Shown in pieces: positions 50,091-60,254 of a stretch of 64,000 bases of DNA. Under the pieces are notes generated by a model. That model was given only the letters and a program-made list of their open reading frames with translations. It made no database searches and was not told the DNA's origin. The stretch lies in the IMG/VR virus record IMGVR_UViG_3300005056_000001, positions 186,001 through 250,000 of that record, one strand, 5' to 3'. The translations under genes were made by a program, and so were the position numbers. The first letter of the stretch is position 1, and every line of letters begins with the position of its first letter.

Positions 50091-51008
50091 ATGACAATAA
50101 GAGATCTAAGAAATGGCGAAAAATTAGACCACACAGCCTTTATGTTGCGGGCAGATGTGAACATCAAGGAAACGTTGGGTATGATGCTTGTGTATAACAA
50201 GTTCTTGCCCTGTTACTACCTGATTCGTGTTCCTGTTGACGACAGGGACGTTGTGTGTTATCGTGCAAACCATGAAATTGACGCATTTCAGTTTCAATAT
50301 GAGTTGCGTAAACGTGATACCGATTATATACGTGTTATTTATGACACAATCAAAAAGCGTGTGTTTGTTTTGGTCAAAGACGAACAAGAACTTCACAAGT
50401 ATTGGGACAAGCTGTCTTTATTTATCGAAACAGATTTTTTGCAGAAAGTTTGTTTGAGAAAAGATGTATGGACAATTGAAAAGGACGATAGTCGTAAGCT
50501 ATATAAAGCAACGACGTGCGTGGCACCCATAAAAACATTGGAACATTATTTGACAGGATTCGAACTAGATCCATATGTGGAGGAGTTGAGAAACCTAGAT
50601 AATCTTAGAGACGAGCCTGTTATAAAAGAAATATTAATTCGCATGTTATGCGACCTCTGTTTTGTGGGTAGATATCATACGTGCTATATGACGAACCGAT
50701 TTAATGAGGATATAAAGGGACATTACGAACTTGGCGATGGCGGTTTTAACCTCAATAGCAACATAAACTATTTTATTGATGGCGACAACCGTAGTCCTTT
50801 TACAGGCCTTGAATTTGTATACGACAGTCTTGAGCACAGGCTGCACATTCCTGACTGTTACAAAGATATACAACACAACGGGAATCACAACATCAAGGTC
50901 TATTGGAACGACATGGTACGTTTTTGTTTTAAACAGTTCGGTGTGGCTATTACTGATGATATTATCACTTGGTTTAATTTAGAAGAAATAAAACATGAAA
51001 ATATATAG
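50091..51008 (+). CDS. hypothetical protein
   Basis: 305-aa ORF. Confidence 0.7.
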   Translation: MTIRDLRNGEKLDHTAFMLRADVNIKETLGMMLVYNKFLPCYYLIRVPVDDRDVVCYRANHEIDAFQFQYELRKRDTDYIRVIYDTIKKRVFVLVKDEQELHKYWDKLSLFIETDFLQKVCLRKDVWTIEKDDSRKLYKATTCVAPIKTLEHYLTGFELDPYVEELRNLDNLRDEPVIKEILIRMLCDLCFVGRYHTCYMTNRFNEDIKGHYELGDGGFNLNSNINYFIDGDNRSPFTGLEFVYDSLEHRLHIPDCYKDIQHNGNHNIKVYWNDMVRFCFKQFGVAITDDIITWFNLEEIKHENI

Positions 51009-51354
51009 AATAACATGGACACTAAGTCCGTTGGGATTGAAGCAAAGCATCAAGGAGATTGATTGCAAGGAAACCACAAAGAGCTATACCTACACAGCTC
51101 GTCGTGTGGATAACACACAAAAAAGAATCCCAAAAACAGACATAGGGACGGTAAGAGGCTCGCTGATTACCCAAAAACAATCTTTTGTCACGTACAGCGG
51201 CTATACCCTCGAGGATGGTATAGTGACACTGAGCCAAGACATACTAAAAAGGGTTATTGAGCGTTTTAAACAATTCGAGTATGATTATATTTCCGCATCA
51301 AAACATCTAAAGAAATATTTGTCGGACGGGATATTTATCAATAATATCCAATAA
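50995..51354 (+). CDS. hypothetical protein
   Basis: 119-aa ORF. Confidence 0.65.
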   Translation: MKIYRITWTLSPLGLKQSIKEIDCKETTKSYTYTARRVDNTQKRIPKTDIGTVRGSLITQKQSFVTYSGYTLEDGIVTLSQDILKRVIERFKQFEYDYISASKHLKKYLSDGIFINNIQ

Positions 51355-51438
51355 ACATAAAAATTCGTATTTACTTTTGTGGGTACGGATTTTTTGTTTA
51401 TATTACAGGACTATTGGTAACCATAAAAACAATATATC

Positions 51439-51834
51439 ATGAACCTAAAGACATTTAATTATTGTGTTTTAAAGTATTGTCCTTCACATGCATTGGGCGA
51501 GCAGGTCAACATTGGAATATTGTTACTATTCAAAGAGTCCGACACAGCAAGGTTTATTTTCCCAACCAATTTATCCCGCTTGGTTGCTCTTTTTCCTGCC
51601 GTTGACATTAACACATTGGAGAAATACCTAACAAACCTAAGAACAAAGATTGAGGTGTTAACAGAAGGCACCAATATAATGTCACAACTTACTCCAAAAG
51701 AGTTTATCGCTACCAAGGTATTGGTGCCTGATTCTAATAGTCTGTATTTTGACGAATTAAGAACGTCGAAATATGACACAATTGATGCAACAAAAGAGCA
51801 TTATTATAACATGTATTTTGATAGTTATTGCTAA
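51439..51834 (+). CDS. DUF3037-like protein
   Basis: Y.VLKY.P....GEQVNIGILL and RLVALFPAVD motifs. Confidence 0.7.
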   Translation: MNLKTFNYCVLKYCPSHALGEQVNIGILLLFKESDTARFIFPTNLSRLVALFPAVDINTLEKYLTNLRTKIEVLTEGTNIMSQLTPKEFIATKVLVPDSNSLYFDELRTSKYDTIDATKEHYYNMYFDSYC

Positions 51835-51874
51835 AACGACATGCTTTATGTATCTGCTGTCGATTGTAATTATT

Positions 51875-52075
51875 CTACACAAAATAAGTCAAAAGGAATG
51901 GTATAATTGTATCAGTGTCAGATTCGGCACTGTCCACTAAGCCCTTCACTTGTGCAGTAAATGGCACATCACTCAATTTTTCAATCAATGGAAAATCATC
52001 GACCATAGTGGCTTCGGGTGAACTTGTCAATGGAAAATCATCACGTATATTTTTTAATGCCTTATTAATTATCAT
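51875..52075 (-). CDS. small hypothetical protein inside a 281-bp repeat-flanked insert
   Basis: 66 aa with internal DDFPL repeat. Confidence 0.4.
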   Translation of the reverse strand: MIINKALKNIRDDFPLTSSPEATMVDDFPLIEKLSDVPFTAQVKGLVDSAESDTDTIIPFLLTYFV

Positions 52076-52111
52076 ATGTATTTATTACAAAATGTATTTT
52101 GATAGTTATTG

Positions 52112-52564
52112 CTAAAACACAAGCACACCATTCTTCACATCAACCTTAAATTTCTTCTTGGTACTTATGCGACGGTTCGGTAGGGTGCTTTGTCCGTTTA
52201 TAATAATGTCGCCACTTGCCGAGAATGCAGTAACATTACTTTCGATAAACTTTGTCTGAAATTCTTGAATGTCGGTATTGTTCAACATACTGCCAAGGTC
52301 AGGAAGTGCAATGACATCGCCTGTGATCACATCATTGGCGTTTAGTATTTCATTGTATCGCATTATCTGTTCCAAGAAGCTGTGCTGACCATACAGCTCA
52401 CGTGCTATTTTGTCCAAGCGTTTGTTTTCACTTTCCGAAATCTTTAGATAGCCAAGAATAATGACACGTGCATGCTCTATTTCGGTATAGGTGGACAAGA
52501 AGTCGATGTCTTCAATCAACTTCACATCCTCGTGCATTGCCTCTAGGTCGGGTAAATATAGCAT
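52112..52564 (-). CDS. baseplate wedge protein, T4 gp53-like (LysM)
   Basis: RLDKIARELYG.......IMRYN.I.N......GDVIALP. Confidence 0.7.
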   Translation of the reverse strand: MLYLPDLEAMHEDVKLIEDIDFLSTYTEIEHARVIILGYLKISESENKRLDKIARELYGQHSFLEQIMRYNEILNANDVITGDVIALPDLGSMLNNTDIQEFQTKFIESNVTAFSASGDIIINGQSTLPNRRISTKKKFKVDVKNGVLVF

Positions 52565-52568
52565 GTTT

Positions 52569-53474
52569 TTAGTTTATTTCGATTTGTTTTAGTTTGCCTA
52601 TTTCCATGACAAACATTCCTTCGGGTGCATTTTTAATTTCATGTCCTAGATACTCCAACACAAAAAAGAAACCCTTGTCTTCGACGAATCGCCCCCAATC
52701 CACAAAGTCCGACATGTTTGTTTTTGCGGCCTTGTTTAATAGGGTGTTTTTGTATTCAGGGAACGAGTTTTCTTCGATAAACCGTTTTTTTAAGGAGTCT
52801 TTTTGATCCTCTAGGTTTGCATTCTCGTTGTCCCAAAGTATGGATTCTAGCTCATGCGGGAAATATTCTTCCATGGTGCGCTTGGCACCCTTGCTTTCCC
52901 ATACACTCTCAAAGGCATTAACACGGTGTTCATGGCACATCTTGTCCAACTTTTTCTTGTTGAAATATGGCGAAGTAGTGCTGTTTAGATTAAATGCCTC
53001 GACTAGTCCTCGGTCGTGTTGTGCCTTTATTCGTTCCAAAAACTCGGCCTTCATACAGTCATTGTCGCCAACAAGGTATGTTCCGCCATTAACATTGGTT
53101 ATGACGTATCCACCATTGGAGTTGGACTCGACTTTTTCTACAAGGAAAAGTGAGGATGTGTCAAAATTGTATTCAAACCATTCGGAAAACACTTTATAGT
53201 CGTCATAGTCGTCACATAATTCGGACAGCTCGTCCCATGGCATTACGGCCAAGAAAGTATGTGTTCGACCAAGGTCATTTTCCATAAAGAATACAAATTC
53301 ACGACCCTCTAATCTGTTCTCGATTAGATTGGATTTTGGTATATCACTAGCATAAACCACAGCACGCTCCTTGATTGTAAGAGATTCGACAGACCGTATG
53401 TCTGTTATCTTTGTGTCAAAGGCCTCGTTGAGGTTTTTTATTAGCAATTGATTGTTAAAAGTATCGTTAGACAT
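52569..53474 (-). CDS. hypothetical late protein
   Basis: GTACATA at 53492-53498; LNE site near the N-terminus. Confidence 0.65.
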   Translation of the reverse strand: MSNDTFNNQLLIKNLNEAFDTKITDIRSVESLTIKERAVVYASDIPKSNLIENRLEGREFVFFMENDLGRTHTFLAVMPWDELSELCDDYDDYKVFSEWFEYNFDTSSLFLVEKVESNSNGGYVITNVNGGTYLVGDNDCMKAEFLERIKAQHDRGLVEAFNLNSTTSPYFNKKKLDKMCHEHRVNAFESVWESKGAKRTMEEYFPHELESILWDNENANLEDQKDSLKKRFIEENSFPEYKNTLLNKAAKTNMSDFVDWGRFVEDKGFFFVLEYLGHEIKNAPEGMFVMEIGKLKQIEIN

Positions 53475-53504
53475 AGGTTGGTATTTTAATGTATGTACAA
53501 AATG

Positions 53505-54473
53505 CTAAACCGCCATTTTTAGTTTGAGGATTGGGTGTGGGTCATAGTTGTCCAACGAAAACCAATCCAACTCCATATCCCATGGTTTCTGTCCTATATA
53601 CTTGTCCTTGCCTCCCTTGAATGATAGTGTTGGCATTTCCTTGGACTCACGTTCTAGCAGCACATTTGCCCCGTCTATGTGATTGTTGTAAATGTGTGCA
53701 TCACCAACATTGTACCGTAAAAAACAGGCAGTCTTGCCTGTGATAGCCGCAAATGTTTCAAGCAAAAGGGCATATGAGGCAATATTATACGGGGCACCCA
53801 ATAACCAATCATTGCTTCGAACATAAAGAACAAGGGACAGTTTTTCCATGTCGTCGCCATGCACCAAAAACTGAAACTGCATATGACACGGCGGCAATGC
53901 CATTTTATCCAACTCCACAGGGTTCCATGCACTAACAATAATTCTTCTTGACGACGGGTTGTTGTTTATTTGGTCAAGGACATTTTGTATTTGGTCTACC
54001 TTGTCAAACGTGAAGCAACTTCCCGAGGAAACATTGTGACTGAATACGGGCTTTTTCAAATTTCGCCATTGCGCCCCATAAACAGGGCCCAAATCTCCAA
54101 ACGAGCCCACGCCGTCCTTGATAACAGACAGCCATGTTTGTTTGGTAAAGGGACGAACAAAAAAATCTGTGTTCTTGAGATAATGATCATAGGCATTGTC
54201 TGTCCATATATTACACTTGTTGTCCACCAAATACTTGATATTTGTGTCGCCCATCAAAAACCATTTTAGCTCATGGAATATATTATTAAACGAGGTTTTC
54301 TTGAGGGACAACAACGGGAACCCATCACGTAAATCAAATACCATCTGAGGCAGTATAGGATTTTTGATGGTGCCTGTGCCTGTTCGGTCGTCAGACTTTG
54401 ACGACTCAGGAGATTCTAAAATAAACTTTATTTGCTCCTTGAAAATATTGTCTACGCTTTTCATATGTTTCAT
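53505..54473 (-). CDS. thyA: thymidylate synthase
   Basis: DRTGTGT, LGPVYGAQWR, MALPPCH, RSND and DAHIY motifs. Confidence 0.97.
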   Translation of the reverse strand: MKHMKSVDNIFKEQIKFILESPESSKSDDRTGTGTIKNPILPQMVFDLRDGFPLLSLKKTSFNNIFHELKWFLMGDTNIKYLVDNKCNIWTDNAYDHYLKNTDFFVRPFTKQTWLSVIKDGVGSFGDLGPVYGAQWRNLKKPVFSHNVSSGSCFTFDKVDQIQNVLDQINNNPSSRRIIVSAWNPVELDKMALPPCHMQFQFLVHGDDMEKLSLVLYVRSNDWLLGAPYNIASYALLLETFAAITGKTACFLRYNVGDAHIYNNHIDGANVLLERESKEMPTLSFKGGKDKYIGQKPWDMELDWFSLDNYDPHPILKLKMAV

Positions 54474-54605
54474 TATTTAATTAATAGTATCCTAATAACG
54501 CATTTTAGTTGTTATTGACGTTATTGCATATAATATAAACCGTGTCGGATAATCACAAGGATCAGAATAGAAAAGGACTTGACACACGCAAAAAATAAGG
54601 CACGG

Positions 54606-54653
54606 TAGACTAATTTACGTACAGCACACTAGACTAATTTACATACAACACAC
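54606..54653. repeat. 24-bp tandem direct repeat, two copies
   Basis: TAGACTAATTTAC[G/A]TACA[G/A]CACAC. Confidence 0.85.
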
Positions 54654-54661
54654 AAAAAATA

Positions 54662-55240
54662 ATGAAACAAATAACACCAAAGGAAGGATGTTTTATTGTT
54701 CACGACGACAAGGGATGGATTTTTCCATTCTCTCGGAACGGTAGGGCCTTTGATATATATAACAAAAACCACAAGGAATGGCGAAATGCCACCCAAAAAG
54801 AAATTGAATGGTACAACACACAGGGGGTATTACACGAACAGCCGATAATTCCGCTTCCTGTACAAGACCCGATAAATTATGTTTTTGAGGCCTTTTGTCA
54901 CAACCTTGTCAATAATATTGACCCTTTCGGGACTCTGCCCCAACAAACAATTATAGAAAACGAGATTCCTAGGCTCATATATGAATACATGTTTTCGGAG
55001 TACGGAAAGCATTGCCCGTTTATCGTGAGGGATTGTGTGGTTGAACAGGTTGCACAAACCTTTAGTGTTGTCATGACTCATGAGTGGAGAAGTCACGAAT
55101 TCGAAAGAACTGTTGTGATATCAAGACCCTGTGACGATAGCTTCGAGACAGAAATAACATTATTGCTTGATGACGCAATGTCCGAACTAGGCAAATGTGC
55201 CATAACAAAACGTATTCAAAAAATTAAAGATGAAATGTAG
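54662..55240 (+). CDS. hypothetical protein
   Basis: 192-aa ORF. Confidence 0.7.
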   Translation: MKQITPKEGCFIVHDDKGWIFPFSRNGRAFDIYNKNHKEWRNATQKEIEWYNTQGVLHEQPIIPLPVQDPINYVFEAFCHNLVNNIDPFGTLPQQTIIENEIPRLIYEYMFSEYGKHCPFIVRDCVVEQVAQTFSVVMTHEWRSHEFERTVVISRPCDDSFETEITLLLDDAMSELGKCAITKRIQKIKDEM

Positions 55241-55448
55241 CCTAATCTCATGCATAATCAAGCACGACAGCCATTCCGAGCCTATATTCGACTATGTTCC
55301 TTGGCAAGGCACAAAACTTTCATTTATTATAGAAAAAACGGGTTGTTATGACGACCTTACAGTATTGTATAGTGAAGAAATAACAAAAGAACAGTACGAT
55401 CATTTTGTTGAGTTCCAAAAGGGTACCGCTAAAGATTTGGTTTACTAG
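55230..55448 (+). CDS. hypothetical protein
   Basis: 72-aa ORF. Confidence 0.55.
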   Translation: MKCSLISCIIKHDSHSEPIFDYVPWQGTKLSFIIEKTGCYDDLTVLYSEEITKEQYDHFVEFQKGTAKDLVY

Positions 55449-55842
55449 CCATATTCTTCACGACCAACCGATACCCATTTGGTACCATTATCTCAAACGT
55501 CAACACATCCACCATCTCAGTGCCCCCAACAATGATTTGGTGTGATGTTTTTGGCATCTCGATCAGTAAGTATTCGCCATTGTTATCCGTTTTTGTGACA
55601 ATGTTGTATCTCCCAACAATAACAAGGGCCTTAAGTATTGACACCTTGGTTGTGTTCATTGTTACGGTGGTATTAACCCGAATGTATTCTTCATCCCATT
55701 CTTTTTGGACAACGCTTCCGTCTAGCACAACATATGCCGTGTGTGTGGTATTAACAGAAATTGATTTTGTTAATACTTTTTGTGTTTGTGCAATAACCAT
55801 GGTGGTTATTAAGACAAGTAATAGTGTAAATATATGCTTCAT
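55429..55842 (-). CDS. secreted protein of probable host (Bacteroidota) origin
   Basis: Sec signal ending VIA-Q, typical of Bacteroidota. Confidence 0.7.
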   Translation of the reverse strand: MKHIFTLLLVLITTMVIAQTQKVLTKSISVNTTHTAYVVLDGSVVQKEWDEEYIRVNTTVTMNTTKVSILKALVIVGRYNIVTKTDNNGEYLLIEMPKTSHQIIVGGTEMVDVLTFEIMVPNGYRLVVKNMASKPNL

Positions 55843-56119
55843 GATGTTGTTTTTAATTAATGAATGTAGAATTAATGACATATTTTGTGTATTTGTTACC
55901 ATATATACCAAATTATGTTCTTGATTATAACCCGACAAAGCCGCCTACATAAAATTAAATTTCTATAAACGCACAATATGTTTATATTTATTCTTTATTG
56001 GTTGTGACTTTCGATTTTAACCACTCTTCCGAAATTGTATAACCAAATTAAAAATTTGTGTTAATTATACTGTGGTTTTGTATATTTTTTGTATATTACG
56101 ACCTACAAAAAATAAAATT

Positions 56120-56683
56120 ATGTCCACAATAACAGAGTTAATGCATAACACGTCGCTTGATATGCTTGTTTCAATATATAAATATTCATACCAACACCAT
56201 TCGCATGATTACAGTGTCCTATTCTGCGGAGGAAGCCCTCACAACAACAAGAACTGTAACATGATACGTGCAATTCTGACAAAAAAGGCTAGTGGTGAGG
56301 CATTTAGTGAATATCTAGAAATGGTTGGCGAACTTGGGGGTGCTCATTACGAATCATTAAACAACAAACCATTCACGGCAAGAGATTGGGCGTTTGTTAA
56401 GCGGAACTCCCATGTGCTTGACATGCAAGACTTTTTCATTGAAAATAGTCTAAACAATAGAATCTACGATGCGGCCGAAACCTCGAATACATACAAAGAC
56501 GAGCAATATGAAGGCAAAGAAGAAGAAGAACAGGAAGATATTTTGAATGACATAAAAAAAGAAGCCGAGGACGAATTGTTCGAGACGTTGCTTAAAAAAC
56601 GTTCCAATGGCAAGTTGGGTTCAGAAAACAAGGTCGAATTGGTTCTTATGAATCAGATTAAAAACAGCAATAACCACACGTAA
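56120..56683 (+). CDS. hypothetical protein
   Basis: Start placed at MSTIT. Confidence 0.65.
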   Translation: MSTITELMHNTSLDMLVSIYKYSYQHHSHDYSVLFCGGSPHNNKNCNMIRAILTKKASGEAFSEYLEMVGELGGAHYESLNNKPFTARDWAFVKRNSHVLDMQDFFIENSLNNRIYDAAETSNTYKDEQYEGKEEEEQEDILNDIKKEAEDELFETLLKKRSNGKLGSENKVELVLMNQIKNSNNHT

Positions 56684-56689
56684 AATACC

Positions 56690-57205
56690 ATGAGAGAATA
56701 CAACATTGTCGAAATCAACCTACACATAATAAAAAACCCAACAACACCCATAGAGCATGGAAACTATGTCAAGGGGTGTTATGATGTCGGATTTTCGCCA
56801 CAAACAGCCGATATAATACTTAAGATCAAGCAGGCTATGCCCTCTGAAATTACCGAATTAATGGTCGAGGAAATCCCTAACGGTGTCAAGTTTTCTGTTG
56901 TTGGTCTAAATATTTATATGGCGGCCACGATGTTGGGGGATGTTTTTTTGATTGGTGGGAAGTCGTCATTGACATCGTTCAGGATCGAAGAACTCCAAAC
57001 CCACACACGGAGTATGGCTAGTGTGGATATAAGGGACATGGTGGGTGCCGAAATTATGCAGACCATCAAAAAAACCAATTGGTTTGGCGAGATATTAGCA
57101 AAGGATTATAGGGAAAGGCTTGTTATGCTCATGGAAGCAGGTCGGTGGCAGTTGGTGATACAACTATTAAAATCATTGGAAATTAAAGACAAATATAAAT
57201 TATGA
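56690..57205 (+). CDS. hypothetical protein
   Basis: 171-aa ORF. Confidence 0.7.
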   Translation: MREYNIVEINLHIIKNPTTPIEHGNYVKGCYDVGFSPQTADIILKIKQAMPSEITELMVEEIPNGVKFSVVGLNIYMAATMLGDVFLIGGKSSLTSFRIEELQTHTRSMASVDIRDMVGAEIMQTIKKTNWFGEILAKDYRERLVMLMEAGRWQLVIQLLKSLEIKDKYKL

Positions 57206-57975
57206 ATATACAACACACAAACGTAAATCTTGAGGTATTGGATGACCAAATAATCAAAAGGATATTGGATATCATTCACAAACAAACACATGGTCTGTGT
57301 ATTGATGTTTACTATGCAAAAACCGAACACGACCTACTTTTAAGGGTGGGACGGTTAGAGATTATCCATATCGGAAACGGTGTGAGTTATTATTTTCCCA
57401 CCAAGGAGACCAACGAACTCGAATGGAAACGTACCATAAGCGGTGATTGGAGTGTGCTGCTTGATTACTTTCATTGTAACAGGGACAAAATAGTGTTATT
57501 ATGGGATCACCGTCCATCTGTCGGATATGTATACAATGAAAAATCTGAGGGTAGAATATTAACACCAAGGTTGTTACTCACAAAGTCCGACATGTTGTTG
57601 ACATCGTATTGGTCGTCATTTGACACATTATATAGTATAATGTGCGGCAGAAAAATCACAACCGTTGTTACTATGCCATCCTTATTCTTTCTGCTTAATG
57701 CCCTGACAGAATTGGATTGTTTTGTAAAAGGTGTTGTCGGTTTTAAGGGGTATAGATTCAATGAAAAACAATTGACCGTCAAGAAATCATACACAAACGA
57801 TTTTGGCAACGGGGATTACCCCAAAGAACTTGTGTCCTGCTCCAATAATATAGAAAGGTTGCACCACCTAACAACAATTGGCACACCAAAGTCTTTTGGC
57901 GACGACAAATATTATGAGTTAGACACCAAACTATTTTTTGGCTGTGAGGGAAAGACTATCATAGAGGCATACTAG
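57202..57975 (+). CDS. hypothetical protein
   Basis: 257 aa; source of the 96-bp duplicate. Confidence 0.7.
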   Translation: MNIQHTNVNLEVLDDQIIKRILDIIHKQTHGLCIDVYYAKTEHDLLLRVGRLEIIHIGNGVSYYFPTKETNELEWKRTISGDWSVLLDYFHCNRDKIVLLWDHRPSVGYVYNEKSEGRILTPRLLLTKSDMLLTSYWSSFDTLYSIMCGRKITTVVTMPSLFFLLNALTELDCFVKGVVGFKGYRFNEKQLTVKKSYTNDFGNGDYPKELVSCSNNIERLHHLTTIGTPKSFGDDKYYELDTKLFFGCEGKTIIEAY

Positions 57976-58062
57976 CCAAAAACAGTTAAAACTCGGCTGT
58001 TGTTTTGGATTTTTAATAAAATATCGTAGCTTTAAAAATATTAGACAATTAAATCAATAAAA

Positions 58063-58800
58063 ATGCATGCAAAGGTAATAGAGGTATCCAATCAATACAA
58101 CAATGGTTTTGGTTACTACACGATACTCATAACAGACAAGAAAGGGAATATGACCAATTATATATCTAAAATTGCTCCTCTATGGAATGTATATGTCACA
58201 AATCACATCGAAGAAGCCGAGAGTATTGTCGAAAGGCTCAATATTGAATACGACGCTGCTTCTGAATCATTGTCGATTGAGGGTGGTGTTATGGTGGCGG
58301 ATACACCAAACGAGAATAGACGGTTGTACACATCTCCTGTGTTTGTAATTGGAATGATAAAAGACCATGAATATGTTTTTGGTGCCCCAAAAACCTTCCA
58401 ACAACGTTTTGGTATCGAATACCTAATGACCATTTCGGATTATATAAAAACCGAGGCAACAAAGGAACAAATCAAGGATTATAGTGATTGGCTACAGGTA
58501 TATTTTACGGTAGACGACATTATTTCAATTGACATGGCGTATCCTTGGTTCTGTGCCGAAATGTCGGGTGACAGCCCTGTTGTGTTCAAAGACTACAGGT
58601 ATGATTCTCATGATAAAGGCGACAATGTAAAGATACTAAAATGCACAAACGGGTCGTGTTATATTGAGTTTGAGTATAGTCTGTTTGACGGCTCAGGACT
58701 ATTGGTATTGTCGTGTATTAATCATCACAGCATAGACGAAGAAATAACCCGACAGAAATTGGCAGAGCTAAGCAAACACACAAAACTTTATTTCGTATAA
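58063..58800 (+). CDS. hypothetical protein
   Basis: 245-aa ORF. Confidence 0.7.
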   Translation: MHAKVIEVSNQYNNGFGYYTILITDKKGNMTNYISKIAPLWNVYVTNHIEEAESIVERLNIEYDAASESLSIEGGVMVADTPNENRRLYTSPVFVIGMIKDHEYVFGAPKTFQQRFGIEYLMTISDYIKTEATKEQIKDYSDWLQVYFTVDDIISIDMAYPWFCAEMSGDSPVVFKDYRYDSHDKGDNVKILKCTNGSCYIEFEYSLFDGSGLLVLSCINHHSIDEEITRQKLAELSKHTKLYFV

Positions 58801-58810
58801 ACCAAAAACA

Positions 58811-59149
58811 ATGACAGTAATTAAATATAAAATAGGCGATTATGACTGTGCCATTAAAGAGAGTGATGATCACCACAGGGTCTGTATAAACAACCTGTGC
58901 TTTGCTGTATTTGGCGGAATAGAAAAGGCCAAGACAGAATTAAAGACTCATATCCTTAGAGACTTAAATGCCGACAACATATTTTATGAGCGAAACATCA
59001 AATCCAAAAGACAGGAAATCGAAAGACTTGAAAGTGATATTGTTTCGACAGCCGATATACTCAAGGTGTTGAATTCATGGAGCAACAAAAATTCTATCAA
59101 CAATTTTCAACAAAAACAAAATGACATATACGATCTCAATAAAAGATGA
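58811..59149 (+). CDS. hypothetical protein
   Basis: 112-aa ORF. Confidence 0.65.
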   Translation: MTVIKYKIGDYDCAIKESDDHHRVCINNLCFAVFGGIEKAKTELKTHILRDLNADNIFYERNIKSKRQEIERLESDIVSTADILKVLNSWSNKNSINNFQQKQNDIYDLNKR

Positions 59150-59486
59150 GCAACATCATGTGTTACGACTGCTCCATGTTCCTACCATAATACTTGGGTT
59201 GATTGACGGAGACTTTTTGAAAAGCGCATACGACGAGGACAAAGAATCAATGGTGGCGTTTAATAGGTGGTTCATGGATATTTCAAAGGATTATAATGTC
59301 CAAAGAATTTTTGAGGAGCGTGGTGTTGTTGTGTCCGAGGGTATTGACTATACAGAGGAACTTAAGTATTGTTGTCATACAAAACTTTTTGACCTAGAGC
59401 TCATGGGTACATATGGAAAGATTGTGACAATAGAATTCCGTCTATATAAGATTGTTGATAAGGATTATGTTTTGTTGGAGGGGTGA
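59121..59486 (+). CDS. hypothetical protein
   Basis: 121-aa ORF. Confidence 0.65.
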   Translation: MTYTISIKDEQHHVLRLLHVPTIILGLIDGDFLKSAYDEDKESMVAFNRWFMDISKDYNVQRIFEERGVVVSEGIDYTEELKYCCHTKLFDLELMGTYGKIVTIEFRLYKIVDKDYVLLEG

Positions 59487-59529
59487 GCTAGACCCCGAGA
59501 CTGTTAGATTGGAATGTAACTATAATTAA

Positions 59530-59766
59530 ATGTTTATGAAAAATAAAAATTTCCATCAACCAAGGCTAGAAACATATACAAAAGATCCTGTGTTCTCGGG
59601 GATATATGTAAAGCGATGCAAATGTGGAGCACGACCCTACTACGATCGGATATATCCAAACTTCTCTCATTGGGTTGCTTGTCGATGTGGAGTTAAAGGT
59701 AAATCTGATAAAAACTTACTAAAGGCAATTGAAAATTGGAACAATGGTTCTCTAGTTGGAAATTAA
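59530..59766 (+). CDS. Lar (restriction alleviation)-like zinc-finger protein
   Basis: CKCG...VAC.CG.......AIENWN. Confidence 0.5.
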   Translation: MFMKNKNFHQPRLETYTKDPVFSGIYVKRCKCGARPYYDRIYPNFSHWVACRCGVKGKSDKNLLKAIENWNNGSLVGN

Positions 59767-59851
59767 AGACAAATATAAATTATGAATATACAACACACAA
59801 ACGTAAATCTTGAGGTATTGGATGACCAAATAATCAAAAGGATATTGGATA
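59756..59851 (+). repeat. exact 96-bp copy of 57176-57271
   Basis: Base-by-base identity. Confidence 0.95.
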
Positions 59852-60246
59852 GGTCACTAAATGAAAAATACAGAATAAAGACAGAAGAATTTTTTGACGG
59901 TGAACATAATCTGCTCAAGTCTAAGTACCACGTTGTAAGACCGATTTTTTTTGGTTGGATTGAGCTGTCAACATATTTCTTTTATCTTAGTCCTGAAATA
60001 GCTTACCTAAGCAAACACAAGGCTGTTTTTGATACCATCGAAATTGCCAATAATTACATCAACAACTACACAAACGGTCTTGTGTGCAGACATCAAGGTT
60101 ATAAAATAATCAAGCATTTACACAAAGACATGATGACAGAGGGGTTTGCGTTGCTTAATGACAATGGCATTCCCTTACCATACGAAACATTGCATGAGGC
60201 AAAGGACACGGTAAATAGATGGCATACATACTCAAAATTTAAGTAA
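59782..60246 (+). CDS. chimeric hypothetical protein (paralog C1)
   Basis: N-terminus from the 57202 gene; body paralogous to 60838. Confidence 0.65.
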   Translation: MNIQHTNVNLEVLDDQIIKRILDRSLNEKYRIKTEEFFDGEHNLLKSKYHVVRPIFFGWIELSTYFFYLSPEIAYLSKHKAVFDTIEIANNYINNYTNGLVCRHQGYKIIKHLHKDMMTEGFALLNDNGIPLPYETLHEAKDTVNRWHTYSKFK

Positions 60247-60254
60247 ATAAGAAA

